The notes beneath the pieces are model-generated. The model was not told where the DNA came from and ran no database searches. It worked only from the letters and a program-made list of their open reading frames with translations. A program made the position numbers and the translations under genes. A stretch of 64,000 bases of DNA, from positions 29,787 through 93,786 of the forward strand of contig JAUCBJ010000476.1 of assembly GCA_032718475.1 (NCBI GenBank), written 5' to 3'. This document shows positions 1 through 12,149 of the stretch, in pieces. The first letter of the stretch is position 1. Every line of letters starts with the position of its first letter. Source of the stretch: Nemertoderma westbladi. Taxonomy: Eukaryota > Animalia > Xenacoelomorpha.

Positions 1-884
1 TGCTCGAAAATAATTACCGATCCAAGGCCACGGTTCAATTTATCGGACTCCATTGCTTTAAACCTCAATCGACGTCGATTTTAACAAGGATGTTACTACA
101 CCCGAGAAGAGCAGCGCTTCAGCAAACTTGCCACAGACGTTTCATTATTAAGTGCGTCAGTCATATTTATGGTGAATTAATTGTATAAATCGTGCAACAA
201 ATTTATTTGAAACAATGATTTTATAAAAATACGGATGATTTTAGGATGCAGATGTTTGGTTTATTTTTAATTTATGTTTTTTGCTGTTTTATACAGTATC
301 AGTATTGTATCGGGAATTCCAGGTAGAACCTAAACCGAATCAGATACCGTATTGAATATGTAAAGAATATCAGCCCAGCCGTGGATCCCAGTGCGACATT
401 TTATTGGCTTAATGAATCCTAGAATATGAACTTAATATGTTAAAACTTCTCTATAGTTAGTCAAACTCCACTAACTTGGCAAATTCGCATTATAGTAGAA
501 CTCAGTCCGAAGAATCCCACCCCCTCCCTAAACAACTAAATTTATTTGACCGCAAACACAGAAACACTGCCCAGCCCCCACAGCCCAAGCCAAACAAAAC
601 ATATGGGCAATAAATATTTAAAAATTTTGTTTAATTTTTATAATGGAATAAAAGGTCCCAACTGAGTTAAGAACGAAACTGAAAGTAAAACTGCATCTAC
701 AAATGGATGTAAACTTTCTCGGTACCACTGCGCCATAGAACGGCTTCAACACTGAAACAAGTTAATTGTTAGATTGATTAAAATAAATTGTTCGTATATG
801 ATGAATAAGTTTATAATCTATTCAGTTTCATGATAACTATAGGATTCCTCACCAGGCAACGTCATACTCAAATACTCAGTATAG

Positions 885-2072
885 TTATTTCTTAGACAAG
901 GAATGTAACTCAGCATATTGGGCTTCTGGTCCGGCATTCGGTGGGATTGTAAGCAGCCCCGAAGATACCCTGGCCCTTGGGATAACATCCCCTGGATCCA
1001 TGTAGGTTGCCTCTAACGCTTCAATATTCATGTTTCCTGAACTTGTTGCACAATCGTCCATGGCGGCATCATTACTACGTTCATTGTTGTCACCTTCCGT
1101 CGCCGGCACTGTACGGGTTTGCCCGCGTAATGTATGCTCTCTGTAAATTCGTCGTAGTTGCAACTGCCGGCAATTACAACATCTTGAAATTTCCTTATAC
1201 ACATTAGAATCACTGAAACACATGATGGATGTGAACAGTAAAGCTTGTAATCCTTGTAGTGAATATTTTATATATAAAATGGCATTTTCTGCAATATAAG
1301 AAGATGTGGAAACTTCATACCCATTAATAAATATAATATTATGTACACCCAATACCGGAAGCAGGTAAAGTATCTTGGCGCCACGCCAGAGTTGTCTGCA
1401 ACATCTTTCATTCCAATTTGTGTACGCGGATGACATGATAATCAATGCACACCAAAACAAGTTGACTAAAAGAACCGCAAATTTAGCTCCTTTTAATACG
1501 GCCAAGAACGCGTAGTGTTTCGTTGTGTACCGCGGAATACACTGTTGGTTGCAAATTTCAAACGCGATGAGTATAATTATTTCCACAATAACGGGAATTG
1601 GAAGTATCCATCCTATTATAAAATAACATTTGGGTTTCACTTGCTCTTCATATATTCTGTCCGGATTCGCTACAGTAAAGGCCCTTCTGACTATGTGAAT
1701 TCCATAAACCGACAACCACATGTAGCAGGAAAGTTCAGCATATTCCTGTAGGATGCGAGTGAAGAGACATATATTATATCTGTCATTGACATCTTGGGTG
1801 ACTAGCAATACAACATCTTCAATAACTGTGAAACTTAAGTAAAATAAGTAAGTCAAACAAACGTTCTTAAAAATGAAATCCTTTGTCCTATTCAATGAAT
1901 ATGATATTGTATATATTGCAAAGCATATAACAACGGATGCTATTGATATACAGCATAATACAATGCGATATATACCGGCGACAATCAGAAACTTCGATAT
2001 TGGGTTCTTTAACAAGTATTCATTGATTGATGATGAAAATAGGTATATACATTCTACAGTCTTTTGTGACAT
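885..2072 (-). CDS. Class B (secretin-family, 7tm_2)-like GPCR, single coding exon, no N-terminal ECD (copy 1)
   Basis: 395-aa ORF with 7 hydrophobic segments and class-B-like motifs: C..TRILQEY.ELSCYMWL..YGIH, YFIIGWILP, VNLFW, LLPVLGVH, SLQGLQ....CF.DS.V..EI. An in-frame TAA lies two codons upstream of the ATG. Confidence 0.8.
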   Translation of the reverse strand: MSQKTVECIYLFSSSINEYLLKNPISKFLIVAGIYRIVLCCISIASVVICFAIYTISYSLNRTKDFIFKNVCLTYLFYLSFTVIEDVVLLVTQDVNDRYNICLFTRILQEYAELSCYMWLSVYGIHIVRRAFTVANPDRIYEEQVKPKCYFIIGWILPIPVIVEIIILIAFEICNQQCIPRYTTKHYAFLAVLKGAKFAVLLVNLFWCALIIMSSAYTNWNERCCRQLWRGAKILYLLPVLGVHNIIFINGYEVSTSSYIAENAILYIKYSLQGLQALLFTSIMCFSDSNVYKEISRCCNCRQLQLRRIYREHTLRGQTRTVPATEGDNNERSNDAAMDDCATSSGNMNIEALEATYMDPGDVIPRARVSSGLLTIPPNAGPEAQYAELHSLSKK

Positions 2073-4119
2073 TTTTTAGGAAATTCCACTGTAATAATAA
2101 ATAATGTAATTATTCCGTCGCCGAATAACCGGTCGCTAAAAACACTCGTTCTTCTTCTGGGTTACCTTATCTCCTTATGATTTATTATAGCTAATGTTTT
2201 TTTGTTATTTTTAGTGTTCTAGAAATATGTAAGCTATTATTTAAAACCAAAAAAGTTACAGATCATCTTTTAATTTGTTAACGTTTTTAAACATTTGACC
2301 AACCGATTAGTTATTTGTTGAGTCATATTTTACGCCTTCAATCATTAGCTACAAGCGTTTAAAAAAGCGTTTTGTACCATTCCCACTGGAATATATTCAG
2401 CTTGTTGTTGTCTTCAAAACAATTAATAAACAAACAAGTGGTAATATAATAATATCGACAATATTTGGCATTTCTATGAGTAGCCCATTTTTAAGAAATT
2501 TTTAATCTATTTTTTTTTGATTTTATCTTTTTTTATTATATAATATGGTATGTTCTAGCCAAAACAAAAACAACTATATTTCATGTGCGACCAATCTGCG
2601 CTGGAGAGGTTTTTGCAATTGCGGTCAATGTGCACAACTATCCGTTTCTCATTAGCTAAAATAATTAATGGGAGAACACTTGTCAGTATATTAAATGAGA
2701 GCATCATAATAAGTAAGTTCTAGAAAAGAAAACATCATTAACAACGTCTCAATAAATTGAACCGCAAATCTTCCATAATTCCGAATTAATCTTGCACCAT
2801 TATTGGGCCATGTCAGATGATAAATTTCAAGAGTAAATAATACAAAAATCAATTAAAACATATTATATTTTGGATTACTGTTGTTGATTTTAGGTGTAAT
2901 TAAATAAAATAACACCATACGATGTAACAATAATCGAATCAAATATTTTGGAACAAGGGTTGCTGTTGTTACAGATAGGGGGGGAAAGTGGACGTAATAA
3001 AAAATACAAAAATAAATACAACAATACATACAATAGTTTATTGTTTAAAAATTAATTAAAAATGGGGTACCTCCTATTCATATCGTGCAACGGCCCATTC
3101 ATTTATATTATTCATTCATATATATTTAACTCAGTTCATTATCAATAAAAATTATTACAAAAGGGTGTACGATACGGATCCGTTCCCAGAAAGAGTTCTT
3201 CTAGAAAATCTTTTGTTTTCTAGATATGTTATACAATGCAAATATTGGTTGTTATTCCTTCCAGAATATTACATTATAGCGCGGTCTGCCATAGGTATAT
3301 ATCAATTCATTCAAATAGAAATAGTTCTTGGGCTCGGAAAGTATCTACTATCTGAATGAAGACCTCAAAAAGGACTTATGTTCGATTGCCACACGTACAG
3401 TAGTACTACAGTATACTGCAGTTTTGTTTCTTGTATAGGCCTACTGTGTAACTAATTCTTCTTCTACCCTAGAAGAGTGATCCATAAATAATTCTACATG
3501 ATCAGATATAATATTTGTAAATAATTTTCAGTCCCAATTAGAAAACACAATACTATTATTAACCATTATTATTATTTTAACTTCATAGCAATTAAATAAT
3601 TTATTTAAATATATTAGTAACATAGTAATAGAAACATTATTTGGAGTCCATCAATAAATATACAAATTGCCGAAATCGGCTAAATATGTAAAACTTAAAT
3701 ATATATTATTATAAATTATTTATATATTTATATTTATGAAGTATTATTTAGTAACCCCTACATAAATATTCATAATTATCATGCAAATATCATTCAGTTC
3801 AGTTATTGCATCCTGCAATATTTTATAATTATTTTATTAATAAATGTTTATATGTTTATCGTTAAATCTTTAAATCATTATCGTTAAATGTTTATTTATC
3901 GTTAAATCTTTAAATTTTATCGCTAAATGTTTATCATTAAATGTTTAAATGGTTATTGTTAAATGTTTAAATTGTTATGTTATTATGTTATTATGTTCAT
4001 AGTTTAATGATAAAATGCTGCAGCCTAGCCCATCCCTGGCTTTCATCCTTAACTGGTCGATAAATGGGAACCAAGGCAACTTTGGAAACAGAGTGGAAGG
4101 GTTTACTGTGGAAGATCAC

Positions 4120-5277
4120 TACTACTACTAGGATCGGCATGCTGCATTGCAGCTGCATTTTTAAGAATGCTGTGCCGGCTTATCGACAAAATTGCACCGC
4201 CACAACTCCCTATCACCTATGACATTTGCTAGATCATCCGCATCTTCAAGGCCAGTGTCCTTTAAGATGCGTCTCAAGAAAGTCATGGGCTGTCCAACAT
4301 TCTTATTCACTCCATGAGGCTGCCAAAGTACAAGATTATGCACTGGCTGGTCCTCACGGCGAAAGCAATGTCCTGCAAAGCGGAGGCGATTTCGTTCTAG
4401 TGTCAAGCTTGGGGGAACCAATGAGACACCTCCAATGTTATATAGTGTCTCGTTGGAGATGTGTGCATTGTACTTGACACAATGAACCCGGCGTAGCATT
4501 CTTGTGAATGTGCCATCCAGAGATTTGGTGTCCTCAGCAGTTAGAGCCCAGCATGGACTCCCATAGAGGAGTACTGGAACTACTGCTGCTCTAAATAATC
4601 GGACCTTAAGTTTCCGATTAATTCTCGGTGACTTCCAAATCCTGGAAAGCCTATTCAAGGCTGCCCATGCCTTTCCCTTACGTATTCGAAGGTCCTCACC
4701 TGACTTCCGGATCCGTGATCCCAGGTAACAGAAGTCATCCACATGCTTAAGCATACCATCTTTTGGGCTTATGCTCATCCGATCATAGACTTGCTGAGGA
4801 CTTTCAAAGTTAACTGTCAAAATTTTGGTCTTTCTGGAGTTAATAAAAAGACCAACACTAGAAGCAGCATGTTCTAATGAGCTGAGGAGCCGTTGGGTTC
4901 CCTCTAGTGATTCTGAGAGTACTCCTAAGTCATCAGCAAAGTCTAGATCAGTTAGGTACTTGGCAGGGTTTCCCCTACTTCTGGAGCCAGTAGGTGGAGT
5001 TATCATCACCCCATCATCATTATGATGATCTAAGGACATGCGTAGAACATAGTCAACAACAATTATGAACAAGAATGGTGCAAGTGTGTCTCCCTGGAGG
5101 ACGCCCCATAACACTTCAAATGGTTCTGTGTCACCGTCAACAGTAGACACAAATGTTGTCGAACCATCGTATACTGATCTGATTGCTGCAATAATTTCAT
5201 CAGGAATCCCATATAATGAAAGTATGCTGAACATTCGTGAGCGAGAGACTGAATCAAAGGCCTTGAAGAAGTTTACT
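4120..5277 (-). mobile_element. 5'-truncated RTE-clade non-LTR retrotransposon
   Basis: RT motifs KAFDSV, GVLQGDTLAPFLF, DLDFADD, FCYLGS and RLRFAGHC; (TAG)n tail; 7-bp TSD AGATCAC at 4113-4119 and 5278-5284. The empty site is present in the right arm at 33494-33500. Confidence 0.92.
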
Positions 5278-5344
5278 AGATCACCATGGTGGTGAACTGG
5301 ATTTCCTTGGCTTAAGGAGCTTAAGTGATTCTCCAATTCATTAA

Positions 5345-7045
5345 TTAAATTTTTAAATGTTTATCGTTAAATGTTTAAATGTTTATCGTTAAATGTTTAA
5401 ATGTTTATCGTTAAATGTTTAAATATTTATCGTTAAATGTTTGAATGTTTATATATCGATAAATTAAATGTTTATCGTTAAATGTTTATCATTAAATGGT
5501 TAAATGTTTATCGTTCAATGTTTAAATGTTTATCATTAAATGTTTACATGTTTATCGTTAAATGTTTGTAGTTTTATAGTTAAATGTTTAAATGTTTATC
5601 GTTAAATGTTGAAATGTTTATCGATAAATAATTAAATGTTTATCGTTAAAAGTTTAATTGTTTATCATTAAATGTTTAAATGTTTATCGTCCAATGTTTA
5701 AATGTTTATCATTAAATGTTCACATGTTTATCATTAAATGTTTGTAGTTAAATGTTTATCGTTACGTGTTGAAATTTTTATCGTTAAATGTTGAAATGTT
5801 TATCGTTAAATGTTGAAATGTTTATCGTGAAATGTTGAAATGTTTATCGTTAAATGTTAAAATGTTTATCGTTAAATGTTTAATTGTTTATCGTTAAATG
5901 TTGAAATGTTTATCGTTAAATGTTTAAATGTTTACCGTTAAATGTTTAAATGTTTATCGTTAAATGTTTAAATGTTTATCGTTAAATGTTTAAATGTTTA
6001 TTGTTAATGTTTAAATGTTTATCGTTAAATGTTTATTGATAAATGTTTAAATGTTTATCGTTAAATGTTTATCGTTAAATGTTTATCGGTAAATATTTAT
6101 CGGTAAATGTTTATTGATAAATGTTTAAATGTTTATCGTTAAATGTTTATCGTTAAATGTTTATCGTTAAATGTTTATCGGTAAATATTTATCGGTAAAT
6201 GTTTATTGATTAATGTTTATCGTTAAAAGTGTAAATATTTATAGTTAAATGTGTAAATGTTTATCATTAAATGTTTATCATTCAATGTTTAAATGTTTAT
6301 CATTAAATGTTTATATGTTTATCATTAAATGTTTAAATGTTTATCATTAAATGTTTATATGTTTATCATTAAATGTTTAAATGTTTATCATTAAATGTTT
6401 ATATGTTTATCATTAAATGTTTAAATGTTTATCATTAAATGTTTATATGTTTATCATTAAATGTTTAAATGTTTATCATTAAATGTTTATCGATAAATGT
6501 TTACATATGTTTATCATTAAATGTTTACATGTTTATCATTAAATGTTTAAATGTTTATCATTAAATGTTTATCGTTAAATGTTTACATATGTTTATCATT
6601 AAATGTTTACATGTTTATCATTAAAGTTTTAAATGTTTATCATTAAATGTTTATCGTTAAATGTTTACATATGTTTATCATTCAATGTTTAAATGTTTAT
6701 CATTAAATGTTTACATGTTTATCATTAAATGTTTATCGTTAAATGTTTACATATGTTTATCATTAAATGTTTACATGTTTATCATTAAATGTTTAAATGT
6801 TTATCATTAAATGTTTATCGTTAAATGTTTACATATGGTTATCATTAAATGTTTACATGTTTATCATTAAATGTTTAAATGTTTATCATTAAATGTTTAT
6901 CGTTAAATGTTTACATATGTTTATCGTTAAATGTTTACATATGTTTATCGTTAAATGTTTACATATGTTTATCGTTAAATGTTTACATATGTTTATCATT
7001 AAATGTTTAAATATTTATCATTAAATGATTAAATGTTTATCAACT
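5345..7045. repeat. AT-rich satellite built from AAATGTTT / AAATGTTTATC(G/A)TT units
   Basis: Degenerate tandem 8/14/22-bp units. A smaller block lies at ~3840-3990, with inverted counterparts at 32218-33425 and ~33995-34150. Confidence 0.95.
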
Positions 7046-7066
7046 AGTACTTAAAGTAATAGTTAG

Positions 7067-9694
7067 TTAGGAAGGTAGTGCTTCTGTAGTATGCGGATAA
7101 CTACTGCTCACTATAAGAGGTTGGTCTTGGGTTGTTATGTGAACGTGTTTCATTGGCTGACCCCCTAGCGCCGTCCAGTGACTCAATTGATACTGACGCA
7201 CATAGCCATGTTTACATATCATCTCGTGTTCCCTTTCAGGGGAAATTAGATACGAAAATCTCTGGAAAATAAAATAATTTTATTGTGAAATAAATGTTAA
7301 ACAAAACAGGCAAGCTTGCAAATGCTTGTAATCAACCAAGTTCAGAGAGTGAGATAAGAGAGCCATAAGCCCTAATTTTAGGCAATTTAGTAACAGTAAC
7401 ACAACTAAGTAAGCAAGCAAATATTTTTTGAAAAGTATAATTGAGTTTATGTTCTCACATATAGTTAGGGGTTGAAATATCGTAAACACCCATAGAACTA
7501 CTTGTGATATTATCTGCATGTCATTGATATACAGACGTGAAAGCGAAAGGTGACCTTTTACTATATACTGTATATAATATACTACTTCATATATTCTGAT
7601 TAACGGGAGTAAATGGTACGCCTACACCTTATACCAACTACGCCCACGAAACACCTAAAACTACATCTATATCTACACCATGCCTACACACATACATGTA
7701 CCGGTGCCGTAGCCGGTAGGTCTATAAATACTGTACATGTACCGGTACCGTAAGCCGGTAGGTCTATAAATACTGTACATGTACCGGTACCGTAGCCGGT
7801 AGGTCTATAAATACTGTACATGTACCGGTACCGTAAGCCGGTAGGTCTATAAATACTGTACATGTACCGGTACCGTAGCCGGTAGGTCTATAAATACTGT
7901 ACATGTACCGGTACCGTAAGCCGGTAGGTCTATAAATACTGTACATGTACCGGTACCGTAAGCCGGTAGGTCTATAAATACTGTACATGTACCGGTACCG
8001 TAGCCGGTAGGTCTATAAATACTGTACATGTACCGGTACCGTAAGCCGGTAGGTCTATAAATACATGTGTCTGTTTATTCTCAATTAAGTTAGATTTTAT
8101 ACAATATTTCTAAAACTTTCGTATTGTTTTGATTCCTTTCAACCCGCATCTGTAACCTGTTCCTTCACTAGCCTGCCTAAAAGTAAGCGTAGGTGTAGGC
8201 GTAGCGCTTACCCAGCTGAGTAACTGAAATTTTCTAAATTTTCTCTAAACTAAATTCTATCTATTTAGATATATCTAAACTAAATTTTCTCAACGAGCTG
8301 ATTCGCATTATTGAAGTCTCTTACAGAATACCGCCTCAGCGACCATGTACACAACTAATCGATAGTGCCTTAGCCACTACTAAACCGTGCTGCTGTCGAC
8401 CTCGCCGGATGCTGAACGAACAAAGTGGCAACTAATATGGATAATATCAGCAAGTGCATAGGCTACCTAAAATATCAGCAAGTGCATAGGCTACCTAAAA
8501 TATCAGCAAGTGCATCATAGGCTACCTAAACGAATGAGCCTTCGGGCTAGTAAGTGTCATCATACAAGTCGCAAAATGACGAAAGTGATATTGTACATAG
8601 CTGCAACACTCTAACCTCTTTCCAAGTAACACCAGAACTTTTGCAAATCTTATATATTGCGACTCCAGGTATAAGAGACATCGAACTCAAAGTGATTAAC
8701 CATCCAATGAGGTTGGCCCACATCGGGTACTCGTATTGGTCGTGTTTAGCAGGTTTATATCCGACGCAACTAAACACAACAATTATCTAAGAAATAAATA
8801 AATAATAATTTGTATTTGATAAACTTTTTCTAATATTAACTTTATTTATAGTTTTTTTAAAAGTAACTAATTAATTGCAATTGTAAATGCAAATGAATTT
8901 ACCGCAAGAAATGTAGGACTCAAGAACTTCCAACAAAATCTCCACCAAATATTTGGTCTTTTTCCCAACATTTCTTCAATATCATCAGAAAATCTAAAAC
9001 ATAAACAATTACATTGTCATTTATTATAAGATTCCCAATAGAAAATAATAATAATAATCAAAATAAAAATAAATAAAAATCAAACGCATATTTTTATCAA
9101 AAATGTATATTTTGCTATTATATGTTTCCGCTTGTTTTCAAACACCCTCCAGCCAATGATGTACATACATTAGGTACAAACAAGTACAGACAACTAACTA
9201 CAATACCTATCAACCCCATAAATCCATGATATTCCTATGGCCTCGAACAATACGGTGTAGAGAATTGCTGTTCCCGCTGCATAGGTATCGAATAGCGTCA
9301 CCATATATGAGCCTCCGTATGTTACATTGGAAAGACCAACTAAGAAAGCTATTCCTATAATAATAGCAGTGTAGATTTCTCTTCGAATGGGGAAGTGCGG
9401 CCGAATATCATCGTGAGTACCGGTTATAACAGATTCCAAACCGCCCATCTAAACAAATTAAGTAGAACATTAAATCTGAAGTAGATTCCAAAACAGCTAA
9501 TCATCCAAAAATAAACTTTTGTAGGTTCTACCAGTAATGTTAAATTCATTAGCAATCATAATTCTTACCGCACTGTCCAATCCAAGTGTTAATAACATAA
9601 TAAAGAAAACTACAGCCCAAGCAGTAGATCCTGGAAGCGTTGCTATGGCTTCAGGGTATACAATAAACACAAGACCCACTCCTTCAGTTGCAAC
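7067..9694 (-). CDS. 3' part of SLC6 monoamine (dopamine/noradrenaline-type) transporter; exons 9694-9569, 9448-9207, 8993-8903, 8786-8616, 7261-7067
   Basis: Phase-consistent GT-AG exons encode [33 protein letters not shown] / GGLESVITG / [30 protein letters not shown] / YPMWAN.IGW / RQYQLSHW, the last resembling the DAT/NET C-terminus. No 5' exons were found in the window. Confidence 0.88.
7690..8066. repeat. 39/40-bp minisatellite (ccggtaggtctataaatactgtacatgtaccggtaccgta[a]g), ~9 copies, in the SLC6 intron
   Basis: Near-perfect tandem copies flanked by the inverted motifs acgcctacacct (~7618) and aggtgtaggcgt (~8191). Confidence 0.9.
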
Positions 9695-9910
9695 CTGTAA
9701 TGTAGTTATCATTTTTAGTATTCCGAGATTAATAATTACTAATTAGTTACATTTACAACAATAAATTAGTTCAGTTAAAATAGGCGTAAAAAAGGGTCAC
9801 ACTCGAACAAATGGCAACATATTTGAATTTATGTTTTTTCTAGACCAAATTTTTTTTTATTATCAACATATCTAAAATAGGCCCCAATCTTATTGTTAGA
9901 ACTACTGTAG

Positions 9911-11895
9911 TAATAATAATAATAAAAATTTATATAGCGCCTTTTAACGTGATGATCAAAGGCGCTGCACTGCACAAAATTTAACGATTTAAAATTTTTA
10001 AAAACATTAAAAAGTATTGCTTTACAAAGAGATCGGTCATTAATGAATTTAAAAGTTTAAAAATACGCTGAGAAACTTAATTCCCGTATTGCTTTATGAA
10101 GAGATGGGTTTTTAGCTGAGCCTTAAACGAATCAAGTGTGGGAGAGTCTTTGATTTTCGAGGGTAGTGAGTTCCACACCGTTGGAGCTGCAAAGGAGAAC
10201 GACCGTCTACCATAATAGGTAAGTCTACACGTTGGGATGCGTAACAGTCCAGCACCACTTGTTCTTAAGGTACGATATGGTTCATATCGATCCAATAATT
10301 CGGCCAAGTAACTTGGAGCCAAATGATTAACGCACTTATATGTTAGTAGTGCAATCTTATACTCGATCCTTCTCTCTACTGGCAGCCAATGTAATTCCTT
10401 CAGGGTCGGGGTAATAGGATCTCTCTTGCGGATGCGTTTTATCAGACGTGCTGAGGCGTTTTGAACTTTCTGTAGTTTGCCGATAAGGTTCTTTGGTAGA
10501 CCATAATAAAGAGAGTTGTTTTGGTCCAATCTACTGGTAATGAACGTGTGCACCATTGTTTCCAAGGTACGACGATTTTTCGCGATTCTTCTTAAATGAA
10601 AGAAACAACATCGCACGGTCGCGTGTATATGTCTAACCATTGTGAAGTTGGTGTCAAAAATGGCACCTAGACTCTTAGTCCATTCGCTTATTGGCACCAA
10701 ATCATCACCCACTTGTATTGCACCATTCATGTGATGTGAAGGTGCCACATAGCGTGATTGTAACAAAATTGTTTCAGTTTTATCGGTATTCAACTTCAAG
10801 AAGTGCTCCCTCATCCATTCCTGAATCTCTTTCAATCATTCTTCGGTGACTGATTTCGCTTGTAAATATTGTTCAGGCTTAAATAATATATAAATTTGGG
10901 TGTGTGATCCGCATATATGTGATGCGATAGACCGTGCTTCCGGATAACATTCCCTAGAGACTGCATGTAGATGATGAATAACAATGGGCCCAAGACCGAA
11001 CCCTGTGGGACACCATAACGCAGTTTAAATATTCTAGAACGTTCACATCCTATTGAGACTGATTGAGTTCTATCACACAGGTACGATTTGAACCATGAGA
11101 GAACATCGCCGGTGACTCCAATGTCTCTCTGCAGTATATTAAGTAGCTTCACATGTTCTATGGTGTCGAAGGCAGAGCTTAAGTCCAACTGAATCAGCAA
11201 TACAGCGTTACCATTATCGATTCCGCAGAGCATATCATTGTGAACCCTGAGCAATGCTGTCTCAGTGCTGTGCTATTTGCGATAACCACTTTGCAAGGGC
11301 TCATATAGGTTGTTAATTTCAAGATGCTTTATTAGTTGAATGGCGGCGGCCTTTTCTATCAGTTTGCAGAGAAACTTCAAATTTGACACAGGTCGAAAGT
11401 TCTTTAATAACTCGGGATTTAAATTAAGTTTTTTCAATATTGGTGTCAAAGACAGCATCTTTTAGAGACTGTGGAAATTTCGCAAGAGACAAAGATAGAT
11501 TGACAATCGCAACTAGTATTGGTAGCAAGACTGAGATGGAGCGTTTTACCATCCAGGTTGGAATTGGGTCAGTTTGGCTTGTCTTTGACTTCATGTCCTT
11601 TAACATGTCGTTAACGTCATCAGGTGATACAGAATCGAACTTGTCAAATACTGGCTTTGGAATGTCCGTTGATCCTGCAAATGTTGCATTTTGCTCGATG
11701 TTGAAGTCATCAGTGACTGTGGAAGACTGAGTAGTGTAATCGACATTGTAGTTATCCAACTCGTCTCGTAACTTTTGTATCTTACCATCGAAGTAGTCGG
11801 CAAAATTGTTTGCCAAGTCTAGTTCAGAGTCGTGCTGTGGTAAACAAGTACTCTGTTCACGATGCAAAGTTTTATTAATAACCTTAAATAAGTCG
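9911..11895 (-). mobile_element. 5'-truncated, frameshifted L2/CR1-group LINE
   Basis: Split ORFs carry NFRPVSNL, DLSSAFDTI, GVPQGSVLGPLLF, YAD, LHWLPVERRIEYK and APTVWNSLP. The 3' end has the stem-loop gcgcctttg...aaaaggcgc followed by tatataaat and a (TTA)n tail. Confidence 0.92.
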
Positions 11896-12095
11896 TAGTA
11901 GTAGACAATAGGAATATTTTTTACTATTAATATCATATTAATAGTACAATCTTCGGCCGCCACCGGGACCGGATTGTAAAAAAGGGAGTTTTATTACAAT
12001 ATTAACCCACCTGACACAGACAAAGTCCATTAAAAACACAAAATAAAAGTTTATATGCAAATTATTATTATTAGTAAAAAAAAAACTCAAATGAG

Positions 12096-12132
12096 TAGCC
12101 GTAACGCGACTTTGAAAGTCGCGTTACGGCTA
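12096..12132. repeat. Perfect palindrome, 18-bp arms with a 1-nt centre (tagccgtaacgcgacttt-g-aaagtcgcgttacggcta)
   Basis: Read directly from the sequence. Confidence 0.9.
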
Positions 12133-12149
12133 ATCTATTGTCTTGGTTT

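Larger units (their letters stand above)
1..7572. repeat. Left arm of large inverted segmental duplication
   Basis: Position 1 onward (tgctcgaaaataattaccgatccaaggcc) is the reverse complement of the sequence ending at 37983. Homology continues to 7572 (ctatatactgta), matching 31737 (tacagtatatag). Confidence 0.95.

Noticed and set aside
5278-5336. N-terminus MENHLSSLSQGNPVHHHGD of the 391-aa RT ORF
   Set aside because: It lies outside the TSD and is present at the empty site in the right arm, so it is flanking DNA fortuitously in frame.
7690-8066. CRISPR-like array
   Set aside because: Head-to-tail units with no unique spacers, eukaryotic context and no cas genes; ORFs 7764-8029 are repeat translations.
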